Program-made: the position numbers and the translations under genes
Assembly (NCBI GenBank): GCA_951406725.2
Contig: OX597841.1
Coordinates: 8,618,001-8,682,000 of the forward strand
Length of the DNA: 64,000 bases
Direction: 5' to 3'
DNA from: Octopus vulgaris
Taxonomy: Eukaryota
Notes under the pieces: model-generated
Databases searched by the model: none
Told to the model about the DNA's origin: nothing
Seen by the model: only the letters and a program-made list of their open reading frames with translations
Part shown: in pieces, positions 52,301-63,195 of the stretch
How positions within the stretch are numbered: position 1 is the stretch's first letter
Layout: the number at the start of each line of letters is the position of its first letter

Positions 52301-53333
52301 CAGCTCGTCAGGTATAGGGGCCGGACGTACTGTCTGACCAGGTTGGGATTCGGGCTGAATTCAGCGACGAAGATTATGGCAACAATTCTCAAGGCCATCC
52401 TGGGGAAGGTGGACAGAGTAAAAGGGCCACCAATTCATACATCGACGACATTCTGGTGGATGCCACTTCCGTAGTCATCAGGGTCGTTGTACAGCCCGTG
52501 TCCACCAGGGCTCGCGACATCTTCCCCTTCACCAGAATGTCGACCACAGGTAGCGATGATAAACGCGCCGCTACTAATCCAAAGGGACGACTACCGGCGC
52601 AGTAGTCTCCCGCGGGCCGTTTCCCTGCAGACACTCGCTGGCTACATGCCCTGGCTCTCGACACCGGTAGCAAATCACCTCAGGCTTGGGCGACGCGCAG
52701 TCACGGACCATGTGTGGACCTTGGCACCGGAAACACTGTCCTATGAACAGTCGCACACGTTCTTTCCTCAGCCCCTCTCCGCTGCTCCTAGCTGGGCCAC
52801 TTTTCGACGTTACAGTCGCTGCTACCGACGTCAACCTGCTGCACGAAACCAGTACACGTGCCCGCGACATGATATCGGCCATCGGCATCGAACGCACGTT
52901 CGGGAGCTTCTGTAGCTTGACCGACATGATGTCGGGAAAGCCGGTCACGAACGCTAACCTAATCGTCCGTTCTAGCGACTCTCCTGTGGGATGACGTCAG
53001 CAGCAGGACGTCAGCCAGCGGGGTGCGTTGACCGGAAGCTGGGGCAAGCGGAAGGGGTCAGCCGTCAAGCGCGCGGAAGGGGCGGAAGTTGACCTTTCCA
53101 ACGTGGGTTGACAAGACGTGCGAGGTGACAAGACGTGCGAGGTGACAAGACGTGCGAGGTGACAAGACGTGACAAGACGTGCGAGGAAGTCGCTAAAGGG
53201 TTTGGGGCTAGCAGCTGCTATCGTTAGTGTTCGGGTAGGGGCTGTGAGGAAGGACCAGCCATCTCGGGAGGATCTCCGTCACCACGAAGAGAAGGTAGGT
53301 GCCTCTATATTCAAATCGCACACACTCACTACA

Positions 53334-53345
53334 AGCTATTTCGGC
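53334..53345 (+). promoter_or_regulatory. Primer-binding site complementary to tRNA-Phe nt 1-12
   Basis: AGCTATTTCGGC immediately after the 5' LTR; it is the reverse complement of GCCGAAAUAGCU. Confidence 0.78.
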
Positions 53346-53377
53346 AGTTCGTAAACATTCACATTTTTTTCAACACG

Positions 53378-54142
53378 ATGTCTGCAAAAATTAGGATCGC
53401 CAGTGACGTCGTCAGACCTTTTAACGGCGAAGGCGATGTAGTGGCCTGGATTCAGAAAATCAGGCTGGTGGCGAGACTGCAGGGCATAAGCGACGTGGCG
53501 AGTCTTATGGCGCTGTATTTGGAAGGGAGTGCGTTGTCACTTTACCTAGAGATGGATGTCGAAGAACGGCTCTGCGATGAGAATATAGAGCGGCGCTTGT
53601 GTGACGCATACACGGAATGCGAGTACACAGCTTTCGCTAAGCTAGGTGCAATCAGGTGGACGGGAGGCCAAGTGGACGACTTTGCATCAGAAGCTAGAAG
53701 GCTAGCGACTCTGGCCGGGTTTGCCGGAGAAGAACTGGAGAGAGCAGCCCGACTGGCGTTCGTGAATGGGTTCCCCGACGATGTAGGGATTCACCTACAA
53801 CGACTGCCCGGGGTCAAAAAGATGCCATTGAGCGAACTTGTAACTCATGCTCGCGCGTTGACGAGACACTCTGGGCGGAAGGCGATAGCGATGGCGGTGA
53901 CGGAGGCGCGTAAAGACGGACGACGTCCCGAGAAAGAGGTACAGAAGCCCACCGTGCAACGAGAGCGGCCGTTCTCAGGACGGTGTTTTAGATGCCAGGG
54001 ACCGCACATGGCGCGGGACTGTACGCAGCCGGGGCCCGTTTGCTATCGATGCAGGCAGACAGGGCACATTGCCCGTGATTGCGGCCGGGGAAACGACCGC
54101 GGGGAAGTTGCTGCCTCTCGAACTTTCCCCTCAAACGAGTAG
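53378..54142 (+). CDS. gag: Gag (254 aa) with two zinc knuckles
   Basis: CFRCQGPHMARDC and CYRCRQTGHIARDC; ATG 45 nt after the LTR. Confidence 0.93.
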   Translation: MSAKIRIASDVVRPFNGEGDVVAWIQKIRLVARLQGISDVASLMALYLEGSALSLYLEMDVEERLCDENIERRLCDAYTECEYTAFAKLGAIRWTGGQVDDFASEARRLATLAGFAGEELERAARLAFVNGFPDDVGIHLQRLPGVKKMPLSELVTHARALTRHSGRKAIAMAVTEARKDGRRPEKEVQKPTVQRERPFSGRCFRCQGPHMARDCTQPGPVCYRCRQTGHIARDCGRGNDRGEVAASRTFPSNE

Positions 54143-56958
54143 AGGCGCTATTGGAGACGCTGCCATTGATTGACGTGGAGGCCGAGGGGGAGACGTTCAA
54201 GGCCCTTGTGGATACGGGCTGTACGACCACCCTGGTGACTTCGAGGGTGACGAAGGAATGGAACGGGGTGTGTAGTGTCCGGGCGGTCGACGGCAGCGAA
54301 ATCCGTTGCAGAGGCAGCAGCAAGGTAGAGATAGTGGTGCGCGGCGCGACGCTAAGGCTACAGGCAATTGTGGCCGAACGCGTGATAAATGGAGTTGATG
54401 TGGTGATGGGGATGGACGCCATCAACTGCCTCGGTGGCGTCAGTGTTGTGGGAAATGAGGTCACGTTCGGAAGCGTGGGGGCGTCGTGCACTGCGAGTCA
54501 GGATCGCCAGAGGGAGCAGAGCCCCACGAGGGACTGCGCCGCTTACACCATCGAGGACAAAGACTTCCAGACGGCGTTCGATGGTCAGCGGTGGACGATA
54601 GAGTGGAAATGGAAGGACGAGCCCCCGACACTGGAGAACAGGGTGAGCTGTTACCAGCATACCCTGAAAGGCCACGCCAGGGTTGGGTTTGAAGACGAGG
54701 TGGAGAGGTGGATCGAGGAAGGGGTCCTTGTCCCTTGGAAGGAGGAGGTAGCGGGCGGAGTGCTACCCCTGATGGCGGTGGTGCAGCCTACGAAGGGAAA
54801 AGTCAGACCGGTGCTGGACTTCAGGGAGCTAAACCAGCACATATCGTGTCACACGGGAGGTGAGGCGACAGACGTTTGTGGTGAGGCATTACGTAAGTGG
54901 AGACAGTCGATTGAGGCAGCGACGATTGTCGACTTGAGATCGGCATACTTGCAGCTCCATGTGAGCGACAAACTATGGCGATATCAGCTGGTGCGGTACA
55001 AGGGCCGGACGTACTGTCTAACCAGGCTGGGTTTCGGGCTGAATTCCGCTCCGAAGATCATGGCGGCAGTGCTTAGGTCCGTCCTAGGGAAAGACGGCAA
55101 GATTAGGAAGGCCACCAGCTCCTACATTGACGACATTTTGGTGGACGAAACTGTAGTGCCAGCCGACGAGGTAGTGAGACATCTGGAGAAGTTCGGACTG
55201 GTTGCTAAGCCACCGGAGTCGATTGAAGGGGGAGCCGCGCTGGGGCTGAAGCTGCGAAGAGATAGATCAGGTGAATTGGTGTTCCGGAGAGGAAATGAAA
55301 TCCCAGAGCTGAGTTCCAGCGTCAGCAGGAGAGAGCTGTTCTCGGTGTGTGGGAAGTTGGTCGGTCACTACCCGATCGCTGGATGGCTGCGCACGGCGTG
55401 TAGTTACACCAAGAGACGAGCAGAAGGAGAGAGGTGGGGCGACAAGGTGGGAGAAGGGACGGTGGCGATGATGCAGGAGATCCTAGAGAGGACAAGAGCG
55501 GAAGACCCGGTCAGGGGGAACTGGTACGTGCCCAAGACGAAATGCGGGACCGTCTGGTGTGATGCTAGCAGTATAGCGATAGGGGTGGTGTTGGCAATCG
55601 AAGGCACTGCGGTGGAGGACGCCGCCTGGCTTCGGAAAGCAGACGATTTCAACCACATCAATGTCGCCGAATTAGACGCGCTGCTGAAAGGGGTGAACTT
55701 GGCCTTGAAATGGGGGCTGCGCACGATTGAAATGCGGACGGATTCGGCCACTGTGCTTGGCTGGGTAGGATCGGTGATCACCGGTGACAGGAGAGTGCGG
55801 ACGAAAGGTGCTGCGGAGATGTTAGTGAAGCGCCGTCTAGGAGTTCTAGGTGAATTGATCGCCGAATTCGGACTGAAGCTGAACGTGGTCTTCGTGCCTT
55901 CGGAGAAAAACAAGGCGGACGTACTGACCAGGATGAAAAGGGCGTGGTTGGAAGAACCGGAGGAGGCCCGGAAAGGGATAGCTGCGGCGTGTCGGTTGGA
56001 TGACTCTGAACTGAAGAAACTGCACGCTATGCATCACCTGGGTGTGGACAGGACCCTGTATCTGGCGAAGAAAATTGATGCTGACGTCACTAGGAGAAGC
56101 GTCCGGAAGGTGGTCGGGAGCTGCGACAGGTGTCAGTCCATCGACCCTGCTCCGTGTGGGCATGAACAGGGAAGCCTTTCCGTGGAGCAGAACTGGAAAA
56201 GACTAGCTGTGGATGTGACACACTACCGTCAGCGAATGTACCTCTCCATGGTCGACTGTGGGCCGGGCCGGCTGGCCATTTGGAGGGAGTTGAGATCGGG
56301 CATTGCTGACGAGATCGTGCAGATCCTGAACGGGATATTTTTAGAGAGAGGTCCCGTGGAAGAACTACTGATGGACAACGGGGCGGCGTTTCGTTCGGAA
56401 TCATTGAGGGTTATGCTTGATCGGTGGAACGTGCGACGCTTGTTCAGAGCAGCGTATAGGCCGGGCGGTAACGGGATCGTGGAGAGGTACCATCGGACAG
56501 TCAAGGCCATAGCGGAAAGAGGGCACATTTCGCCGCTTGAAGCAGTTTTTTGGTACAACTTGTCTCCCCGATCCGGACAGGCTGAGGAATCTGTGCCGCA
56601 GAGAGCTGTGTTCAAATATGAATGGAGGCACCCGAGCAAAGCGCCAGAGGGTCACGAGGAAGAGAAGGGACCCGTTCGCGTGAAAATAGGGGAGGAAGTC
56701 TGGGTCAAGCCACCAAAGGCGCGCTGTACGTCTCAATGGAGCAGAGGAACGGTGACGGCGATCAATTCCAGAAGCAACGTATCCGTAGATGGCACACCAC
56801 GACATGTCTTGGACCTTCGCAGGATTGTTGCTTCGACGGACGATGATTCGGGAGAGGGGGAGAGTGAGGAGCCCAGCTTGAGAAGATCTCGACGAGCAAG
56901 TCGTTCTCCCGGTTGGATGGTAGACTACAACATGGAGCGGAGAGATTGTGATCTTTAA
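54079..56958 (+). CDS. pol: Pol (protease-RT-RNase H-integrase), -1 frame relative to gag
   Basis: ALVDTGC; PVLDFRELN, VDLRSAY, LGFGLNSAP, YIDD; WCDAS/HINVAEL/RTDS/NKAD; HHCC, VDV..MDNG..VERYH. Confidence 0.95.
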   Translation: MRPGKRPRGSCCLSNFPLKRVEALLETLPLIDVEAEGETFKALVDTGCTTTLVTSRVTKEWNGVCSVRAVDGSEIRCRGSSKVEIVVRGATLRLQAIVAERVINGVDVVMGMDAINCLGGVSVVGNEVTFGSVGASCTASQDRQREQSPTRDCAAYTIEDKDFQTAFDGQRWTIEWKWKDEPPTLENRVSCYQHTLKGHARVGFEDEVERWIEEGVLVPWKEEVAGGVLPLMAVVQPTKGKVRPVLDFRELNQHISCHTGGEATDVCGEALRKWRQSIEAATIVDLRSAYLQLHVSDKLWRYQLVRYKGRTYCLTRLGFGLNSAPKIMAAVLRSVLGKDGKIRKATSSYIDDILVDETVVPADEVVRHLEKFGLVAKPPESIEGGAALGLKLRRDRSGELVFRRGNEIPELSSSVSRRELFSVCGKLVGHYPIAGWLRTACSYTKRRAEGERWGDKVGEGTVAMMQEILERTRAEDPVRGNWYVPKTKCGTVWCDASSIAIGVVLAIEGTAVEDAAWLRKADDFNHINVAELDALLKGVNLALKWGLRTIEMRTDSATVLGWVGSVITGDRRVRTKGAAEMLVKRRLGVLGELIAEFGLKLNVVFVPSEKNKADVLTRMKRAWLEEPEEARKGIAAACRLDDSELKKLHAMHHLGVDRTLYLAKKIDADVTRRSVRKVVGSCDRCQSIDPAPCGHEQGSLSVEQNWKRLAVDVTHYRQRMYLSMVDCGPGRLAIWRELRSGIADEIVQILNGIFLERGPVEELLMDNGAAFRSESLRVMLDRWNVRRLFRAAYRPGGNGIVERYHRTVKAIAERGHISPLEAVFWYNLSPRSGQAEESVPQRAVFKYEWRHPSKAPEGHEEEKGPVRVKIGEEVWVKPPKARCTSQWSRGTVTAINSRSNVSVDGTPRHVLDLRRIVASTDDDSGEGESEEPSLRRSRRASRSPGWMVDYNMERRDCDL
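54088..54146 (+). promoter_or_regulatory. -1 ribosomal frameshift signal: G GGA AAC plus H-type pseudoknot
   Basis: Heptamer 54088-54094 in the correct gag phase; 6-nt spacer; stem 1 GGGGAAGTT/AAC(T)TTCCCC; loop GCCTCT pairs with AGAGGC 54141-54146. Confidence 0.85.
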
Positions 56959-57395
56959 GATCAGGGTGGCGTGTGGGATGACGTCAGCAGCAGGACGTCA
57001 GCCAGCGGGGTGCGGCAAGCGGAAGGGGTTAGCCGTCAAGCGCGCGCAGGGGGCGGAAGTTGACCTTTCCAACGTGGGTTGTGCTGGTGACAAGACGTGC
57101 GATGAAGTCGCTAAAGGGTTTGGGGCTAGCAGCTGCTATCGTTAGTGTTCGGGTAGGGGCTGTGAGGAAGGACCAGCCATCTCGGGAGGATCTCCGTCAC
57201 CACGAAGAGAAGGTAGGTGCCTCTATATTCAAATCGCACACACTCACTACACTCCCTCATAACCCGCCAATTTAGCCAGTCTTCTAAGCTCATTGGCAAA
57301 CACGTCCACCTGTTGCCCAGTCCATCTCATTCTCCCCAAGCCCCACTTCCGCTCTCCCCCATCCGTCACACTCCTTCACCACACACCACAGTGTG

Positions 57396-57625
57396 TTTAT
57401 GGTTTATGAGCAAAACACATAAGCACCACGTGGCTCCGGCAGAAGGTAATGAAATAGTTAACTTTCGCTGATTCTTTCGCCACAACTTCCTCTCACACTT
57501 TCCTCCTGCATCTAGCAGCTCACATGCGAGAGACCGGTATCCTGTCCAGGTAGGGAACCTATACGCCAATGAAAGAGGGAAACCGACCCTCATGAGCCAG
57601 GCATGACTCGAGAAGGAACAAAAAA
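57396..57625 (+). mobile_element. 3' body of the SINE split at 49329
   Basis: Continues after the TSD; ends GACTCGAGAAGGAACAAAAAA. Confidence 0.65.
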
Positions 57626-58411
57626 TAGTGTTTAAGCAGAATATCGAACATCTAATGAAGAATTTATTTTGCTTTACTATAAAAAAAAATCTCTTAAAAA
57701 GATCTTCAAACAGTTTAATAGCAACAGACAATATTTTTTATATTCATTTAAATACTTACCATGTTTATAAGTATATTTTCTTGACACACGAATGATTATA
57801 ACTTGAGGAAGCAGTATTTCGTTTCCATCATCTTTATTATTTAACGTCACATTCTTTACTTTCTCACTATTTATAATAAAATATATTATTGAATGTATTG
57901 CGAGTGAGGTATATGTTTCTGGTTGGAACCCCCAGGTTTTCTCTCCTGAAATGGCCTGGTTAACAGTTCATCCGGGTACAGGAATGCTACCGGAAACCTT
58001 GTCACTATGTTATGCTACCAACCAGCATGTTAGATTGGGTGCTTAAGAACTCAAAGGTGCATAAAACAACCTCACAAACATCAAAAACAAGCTGAAGATG
58101 TCTGTTACTTCACCCTAGTCTTCAGATGTCTGGGTATGCCCCCTGGCGCACACATTCCCTAGCTTCTAATCACCGAGAAAGGTTGAAAGAGACTGAAGAG
58201 TTTTCAAACCAAATCTCACGAAAAAAAAAAAAAAACGTCAACGATATTGTGACGTCATAAACACAATATGGAAACAATTATATTACTTTGGATTAGAAAG
58301 TAGATGCTTCAATCTCATTCTCTGTCTGTCTTTCTGTCGCGCGCGCGCGCACACACTCACGAACACACACGCAAACACACACACACACACATACACAAAT
58401 TTATTCAATAC

Positions 58412-59698
58412 AGCCATAATGAGCCAATGAGGGAAACCTCTCTATATTAGGGTAGACCTGGCAGAAAAGCAGCCAAACGTTGTATGTATGTATGTATGTA
58501 TGTATGTATGTATGTATGGGTGTGTATGCATGTATGTATGTATGTATGCATGTATGTATGTATGTATGCATGTATGTATGTATGTATGTATGTATGTATG
58601 TATGATCATATCTGTCGGGCATGTGGAAGAGAGTGTAATTCGGCAGGTGGACTTAAACGACATGCAAAGGTACATGAAGCCCAGTTTACGATATGCATGT
58701 ATGGGTATGTATGCATGTATGTATGGGTGTGTTTGCATGTATGTATGGGTGTGTATGCATGTATGTATGTAGGTATGGGTGTGTATGCATGTATGTATGT
58801 ATGTGTGTGTATATACATGTATGTATGTATCTATGTGTGTATACATATATAAATATATAATACATGCATGCACACAAACATACATACAGGAATAGACTTC
58901 GTAGTCATAAAACGAGAGAGATGAGTGAGAACCTGGCCACTGGGGGTGGTGTAACACACCATACTAATCATATCTGTCGGGCATGTGGAAGAGAGTGTAA
59001 TTCGGCAGGTGGACTTAAACGACATGCAAAGGTACATGAAGCCCAGTTACAACTACAGCCGGCTATTACCGGTAAAGGTTTTAGCTGCCAATTCTGTACA
59101 AGACATTGTAGATCTTTAGCTGGGCTAAAAAGTCACATTCGATCACAGCACCAATAACAGTTAAGCTTCGTGCAATGGCCATATTCGATAACGAGGGGGC
59201 AGCCATAATGAGCCAATGAGGGAAACCTCTCTATATTAGGGTAGACCTGGCAGAAAAAGCAGCCAAACGTCCCTCCAAATCATACTCACTGACTTATGTG
59301 TGTATATATGCATGTATGAACAAATGTGAGAAACATCTATATGTAAGACAGATCTGACAGAAATAGCAGCCAAAACTCCCTCAAATCGCCCCCTACTGTC
59401 TTTCGTATGTATGTATGTATGTATGCATGAGCCAATGTGGTGTAACACACCATACTAATAATATCTGTCGGGCATGTGGAAGAGAGTGTGATTCGGCAGG
59501 AGGACTTAAACGACATGCAAAGGTACATGAAGCCCAGTTACAACTACAGCCGGCTATTACCGGTAAAGGTTTTAGCTGCCAATTCTGTACAAGACATTGT
59601 AGATCTTTAGCTGGGCTAAAAAGTCACATTCGATCACAGCACCAATAACAGTTAAGCTTCGTGCAATGGCCATACTCGATAACGAGGGGGCAGCCATA

Positions 59699-59700
<2 letters not shown>
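58412..59700 (+). mobile_element. Three partial RTE 3' ends (C2H2 fingers and tail) interleaved with TATG repeats
   Basis: Fragments ~58605-58686, 58897-59209 and 59437-59700 match 20320-20575; the latter two end in GGCAGCCATAAT. Confidence 0.88.
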
Positions 59701-59731
<31 letters not shown>

Positions 59732-60230
59732 TGTATGTATGTATGTATGTATGTATGCATGCATGCATGTATGTATGTATGTATATATGTATGTATGTAT
59801 GTATGCATGCATGCATGTATGTATGTATGTTTGTGTGTGTGTGTGCGTATATGAGTATGTCTATAGCATAATAATATATGCATACATATGCATATGTATT
59901 ATATATTTATATATATATACACACATACACACACACACATACATACATACATACGTACGTACGTACGTACGTAAGTACGTACATAGAACATACCTAAACA
60001 CACACACACACACATTTGTATACGTGCAATTATGTGAGGCGAGAATCCTGTTGTTAACCCAGAATCAGTGCAATCCGCTGCATGTTTTGTCGCCGACAAC
60101 TGAACTTGTGATTCTACCAGTTTAGTTGTCGGTGAGGGGGTGATTTTCGACAACCGGCAAGACCATCCCCCACAGAGTCCCCTCCTCAAGAACTATGAAC
60201 GGACCAATAGAATCATGGTAATCCGATAAT

Positions 60231-60647
60231 TATTTCTTTACTACCCACAAGGGGCTAAACACAGAGAGGACAAACAAGGACAGACAAACTGATTAAGTCG
60301 ATTATATCGACCCCAGTGCGTAACTGGTACTTATTTAATTGACCCCGAAAGGATGAAAGGCAAAGTCGACCTCGGCGGAATTTGAACTCAGAACGTAGCG
60401 GCGGATGAAATACCTATTTCTTTACTACACCCAAGGGGCTAAACACAGAGGGGACAAACAAGGATAGACAAACGGATTAAGTCGATTATAACGACCCCAG
60501 TGCGTAACTGGTACTTAGTTTATCGACCCCGAAAGAATGAAAGGCAAAGTCGACCCCGGCGGAATTTGAACTCAGAACGCAGCGGCGGACGAAATACCGC
60601 AAGGCATTTTGGCCGGCGTGCTAACGTTCCTGCCAGCTCGCCGCCTT
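60231..60647 (-). mobile_element. SINE with tandemly duplicated body, 16-bp TSD
   Basis: Two head-to-tail copies; ATGGTAATCC(G/A)ATAAT at 60215-60230 and 60648-60663. Confidence 0.88.
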
Positions 60648-60765
60648 ATGGTAATCCAATAATACTGGGGTACTACGCATATGGGGGTCGGCAAAATATT
60701 GCCAGTTGTGCGGTTTCAGATGCATGGCTTGAGTGGTAGGCAGAGGAAGAGTTGCTGTTCTCAAT

Positions 60766-60768
<3 letters not shown>

Positions 60769-60801
<33 letters not shown>

Positions 60802-61075
60802 TGTGTACAGTGCTCAGGTGCACTACAACTCATCTAAAGTGTATGTATAATCAGGTGTAGTTTCGACGGATTTCGGGAAGCATGAGGACCTTAAAGGATG
60901 CAGTGTCATGGCAGTCAACAACTGATGCAGGCCGTTTATTCCACGCTTCAGCAACCCTGAGCGTGAAAAAATGTTTCCGAAAGTCATGGGAGCTGTGCTG
61001 TTTTCTGACTTTGTAGGCATGTGCACGTGTGTTATTGAACGAGAATGGTTAATTTGGAGAGCTTTTGCTGTTGTG
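60769..61075 (-). mobile_element. CR1 LINE 3' fragment with (TTA)n tail
   Basis: Minus strand encodes TRAHAYKVRKQHSSHDFRKHFFTLRVAEAWN, a CR1 ORF2 C-terminus, followed by a trinucleotide tail. Confidence 0.8.
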
Positions 61076-61170
61076 TTCCTTCGTTTCATCCACTCATCTT
61101 TATCTTCTCATCTCTTTTTGTTTTAAACAGCTGCTCGCTCATCATTAAATTTGATCAAATAAACACACTA

Positions 61171-61212
<42 letters not shown>

Positions 61213-61495
61213 ATTATTTTTCTGTGACTGCGTTTGTATCAGTGATTTTGTGTCTGAGAGCGTATGTATTTAAGTCTGTGGATTGTGCGTGTATGTGTAT
61301 GCGTGTGCATGTTTGTATGTGTATGTTTGTGTGTGTGTGTGTGTGTGTATGTATGTGTGTGTTTGTGTGTGTATGTTTGTGTGTGTGTGTGTATGTTTGT
61401 GTTTGTGTGTATGTTTGTGTTTGTGCGTGTATGTTTGTGCGTGTGTGTATGTTTGTGTGTGTGTGCGTGTGTGTATGTTTGTGTGTGTGTGTGTA

Positions 61496-61544
<49 letters not shown>

Positions 61545-62718
61545 TAGCTTGCAGATTCATCTTCATGGCAAGTGTTCCGTCAAATATTGCAAGACCTTCC
61601 CAGGTGGTAACACTTAGCAGTTGCGGTCGTGCTGTGTGTCATCGCTTCAGATTTGCAACAAGGGAAATAGATACGCTCTCAAGAAAAGTGTAATGTCCCT
61701 TGATTATAATATATTCTATTTTATTCTCGGCTTAAGATTTATTATCAAAGATGTACCTAATGTGAATATATCGCTTTCTAGGGCTACACTGAAAAGCAAT
61801 GCTCGTGTTTTCGATATTCTGCGTTTATTGTATCATCTGTAGCATTAGCATTTCCTTAGGCTGCTGAAATTTTTAAAATTTCGTTTTATTTTATTTTTTA
61901 AGCGATTTGTTGAACCTTGCTTAGATTTTTTTTTCTGAGTTGTTGCTTATTTTGTAATAATTATTTTTCACTGGAGTATTTGACACACACACACACACAC
62001 ACACGCGCGCGCACACACAGAAAGTTGGCAGAAGAAAAATGAAGGCGACAGCAAAATCTTACATCCTTTCAGGTAAAAAAAAGAACTGGCTGTAACTGAC
62101 AAGAAGTGCATCTATACTGACTCTAAGTTCTAACGGAGAGAGAGAGAGAAGGAGAGAGAGAGCGGGAAAGAGAGGTTCACACTGTTGGAGAACATCATTA
62201 TTAATAGCTGCTTCCATTACCTCAGAGATGTTAGAAGGGTTAACAATAGAACGGTAGTTGGCTGGGTAGAAGGAACTACCAGGGGAGACTATCTACCTTG
62301 AATTAATAAACAACAGTTATTTCCCTTGGAAAAAAATTTCCAACTGGATTCTATTCTGGAATGAACATAGACTACAACATAAGATTACACGTACTGATGT
62401 TAGATGTGGAGTTGTTGCAACGGAGTCATATCGACAGAGTATATTACTGGTACTTTTAATTTTTGTTCCAGGTTGGATCTGAATTCAGTATCTAAAGAGA
62501 AGTCACTTAATACAGCATGACACTTTATGCCCCATGGGCCACCGTCATTTTCATTTCAAACATAGCTACAATAACAAAACTTTGAGATATGAATAGTAAA
62601 TCGACCCGCGCGTAGTTCTTGAATATCCTAATTTTTTAGAACCTGGAAAGAACCATTAAAGGCGATATTTTCTTAAACAAAATTTGATATACTCTAATAA
62701 AGCTAATTTATTTTTATA

Positions 62719-62778
62719 TAGTAGTTTGGATTCATGGCTCTCACCCAGGCGGTACGGGTTCGATTCCCGGCATGGGAA
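62719..62778 (+). pseudogene. 5'-truncated tRNA-Glu(CTC) pseudogene
   Basis: GGATT..TGGCTCTCACCCAGG (CTC anticodon), T arm CGGGTTCGATTCCCG, acceptor 3' strand ATGGGAA, T-run 62782-62789; the 5' acceptor strand is absent. Confidence 0.7.
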
Positions 62779-62792
62779 CACTTTTTTTTATT

Positions 62793-63195
62793 GGTGCAGG
62801 AGTGGCTGTGTGGTAAGTAGCTTGCTTACCAGCCACATGGTTCCGGGTTCAGTCCCACTGCGTGGCACTTTAGGCAAGTGTCTTCTACTATATATTTCTT
62901 TACAAGGGGCTAAACACAGAGGGGACAAACAAGGACAGACAAACGGATTAAGTCGATTACATCGACCCCAGTGCGAAACTGGTACTTTATTTATCGTACC
63001 CGAAAGGATGGAAGGCAAAGTCGACCTCGGCGGAATTTGAACTCAGAACGTAACGACAGACGAAATACCGATAAGCATTTTGCCCGGCGCGCTAACGTTT
63101 CTGCCAGCTCGCCGCCTTAAGTGTCTTCTACTATAGCCTCGAGTCAACCAAAGCCTTGTGAGTGGAGTGGTAGACGGAAAGCAAGAGACACGAAA
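62793..63195 (+). mobile_element. OR-like SINE interrupted by a second SINE (62893-63118, minus) with a 17-bp TSD
   Basis: AAGTGTCTTCTACTATA at 62876-62892 and 63119-63135. Confidence 0.9.

Larger units (their letters stand above)
52985..57251 (+). mobile_element. Apparently intact compact (4.27-kb) LTR retrotransposon (family 1), nested in the gag of the outer element
   Basis: LTRs 52985-53333 and 56972-57251 (TG..CA); CTCC TSD (52981-52984, 57252-57255); PPT 56957-56971; open gag and pol. Confidence 0.96.
49330..57390 (-). mobile_element. LTR retrotransposon family 2 (outer element): 3' LTR 49330-49590, IN/RNase H, internal inversion, interrupted gag, remnant 5' LTR ~57337-57390
   Basis: PPT AGATCAGGGGGGCG next to the LTR; integrase LLLDNG/VVERHH; RNase H WCDASS/HINVAELDA; GTGTG TSD. 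Frameshifted and rearranged. Confidence 0.88.

Noticed and set aside
52985-53333. Tf1-like self-priming of the LTR element
   Set aside because: No sequence complementary to the PBS was found in either family's LTR.
55404-56639. Antisense ORFs within pol
   Set aside because: Expected shadow ORFs of a GC-rich coding strand; no motifs.
57900-58200. Possible 3' end of an R4/Dong-like element, and CTGAAGA hammerhead words
   Set aside because: Too decayed to support a call; no matching GAAA or stems for a ribozyme.
58864-59648. Host C2H2 zinc-finger gene
   Set aside because: Matches the C-terminus of the RTE ORF at 19924-20535.
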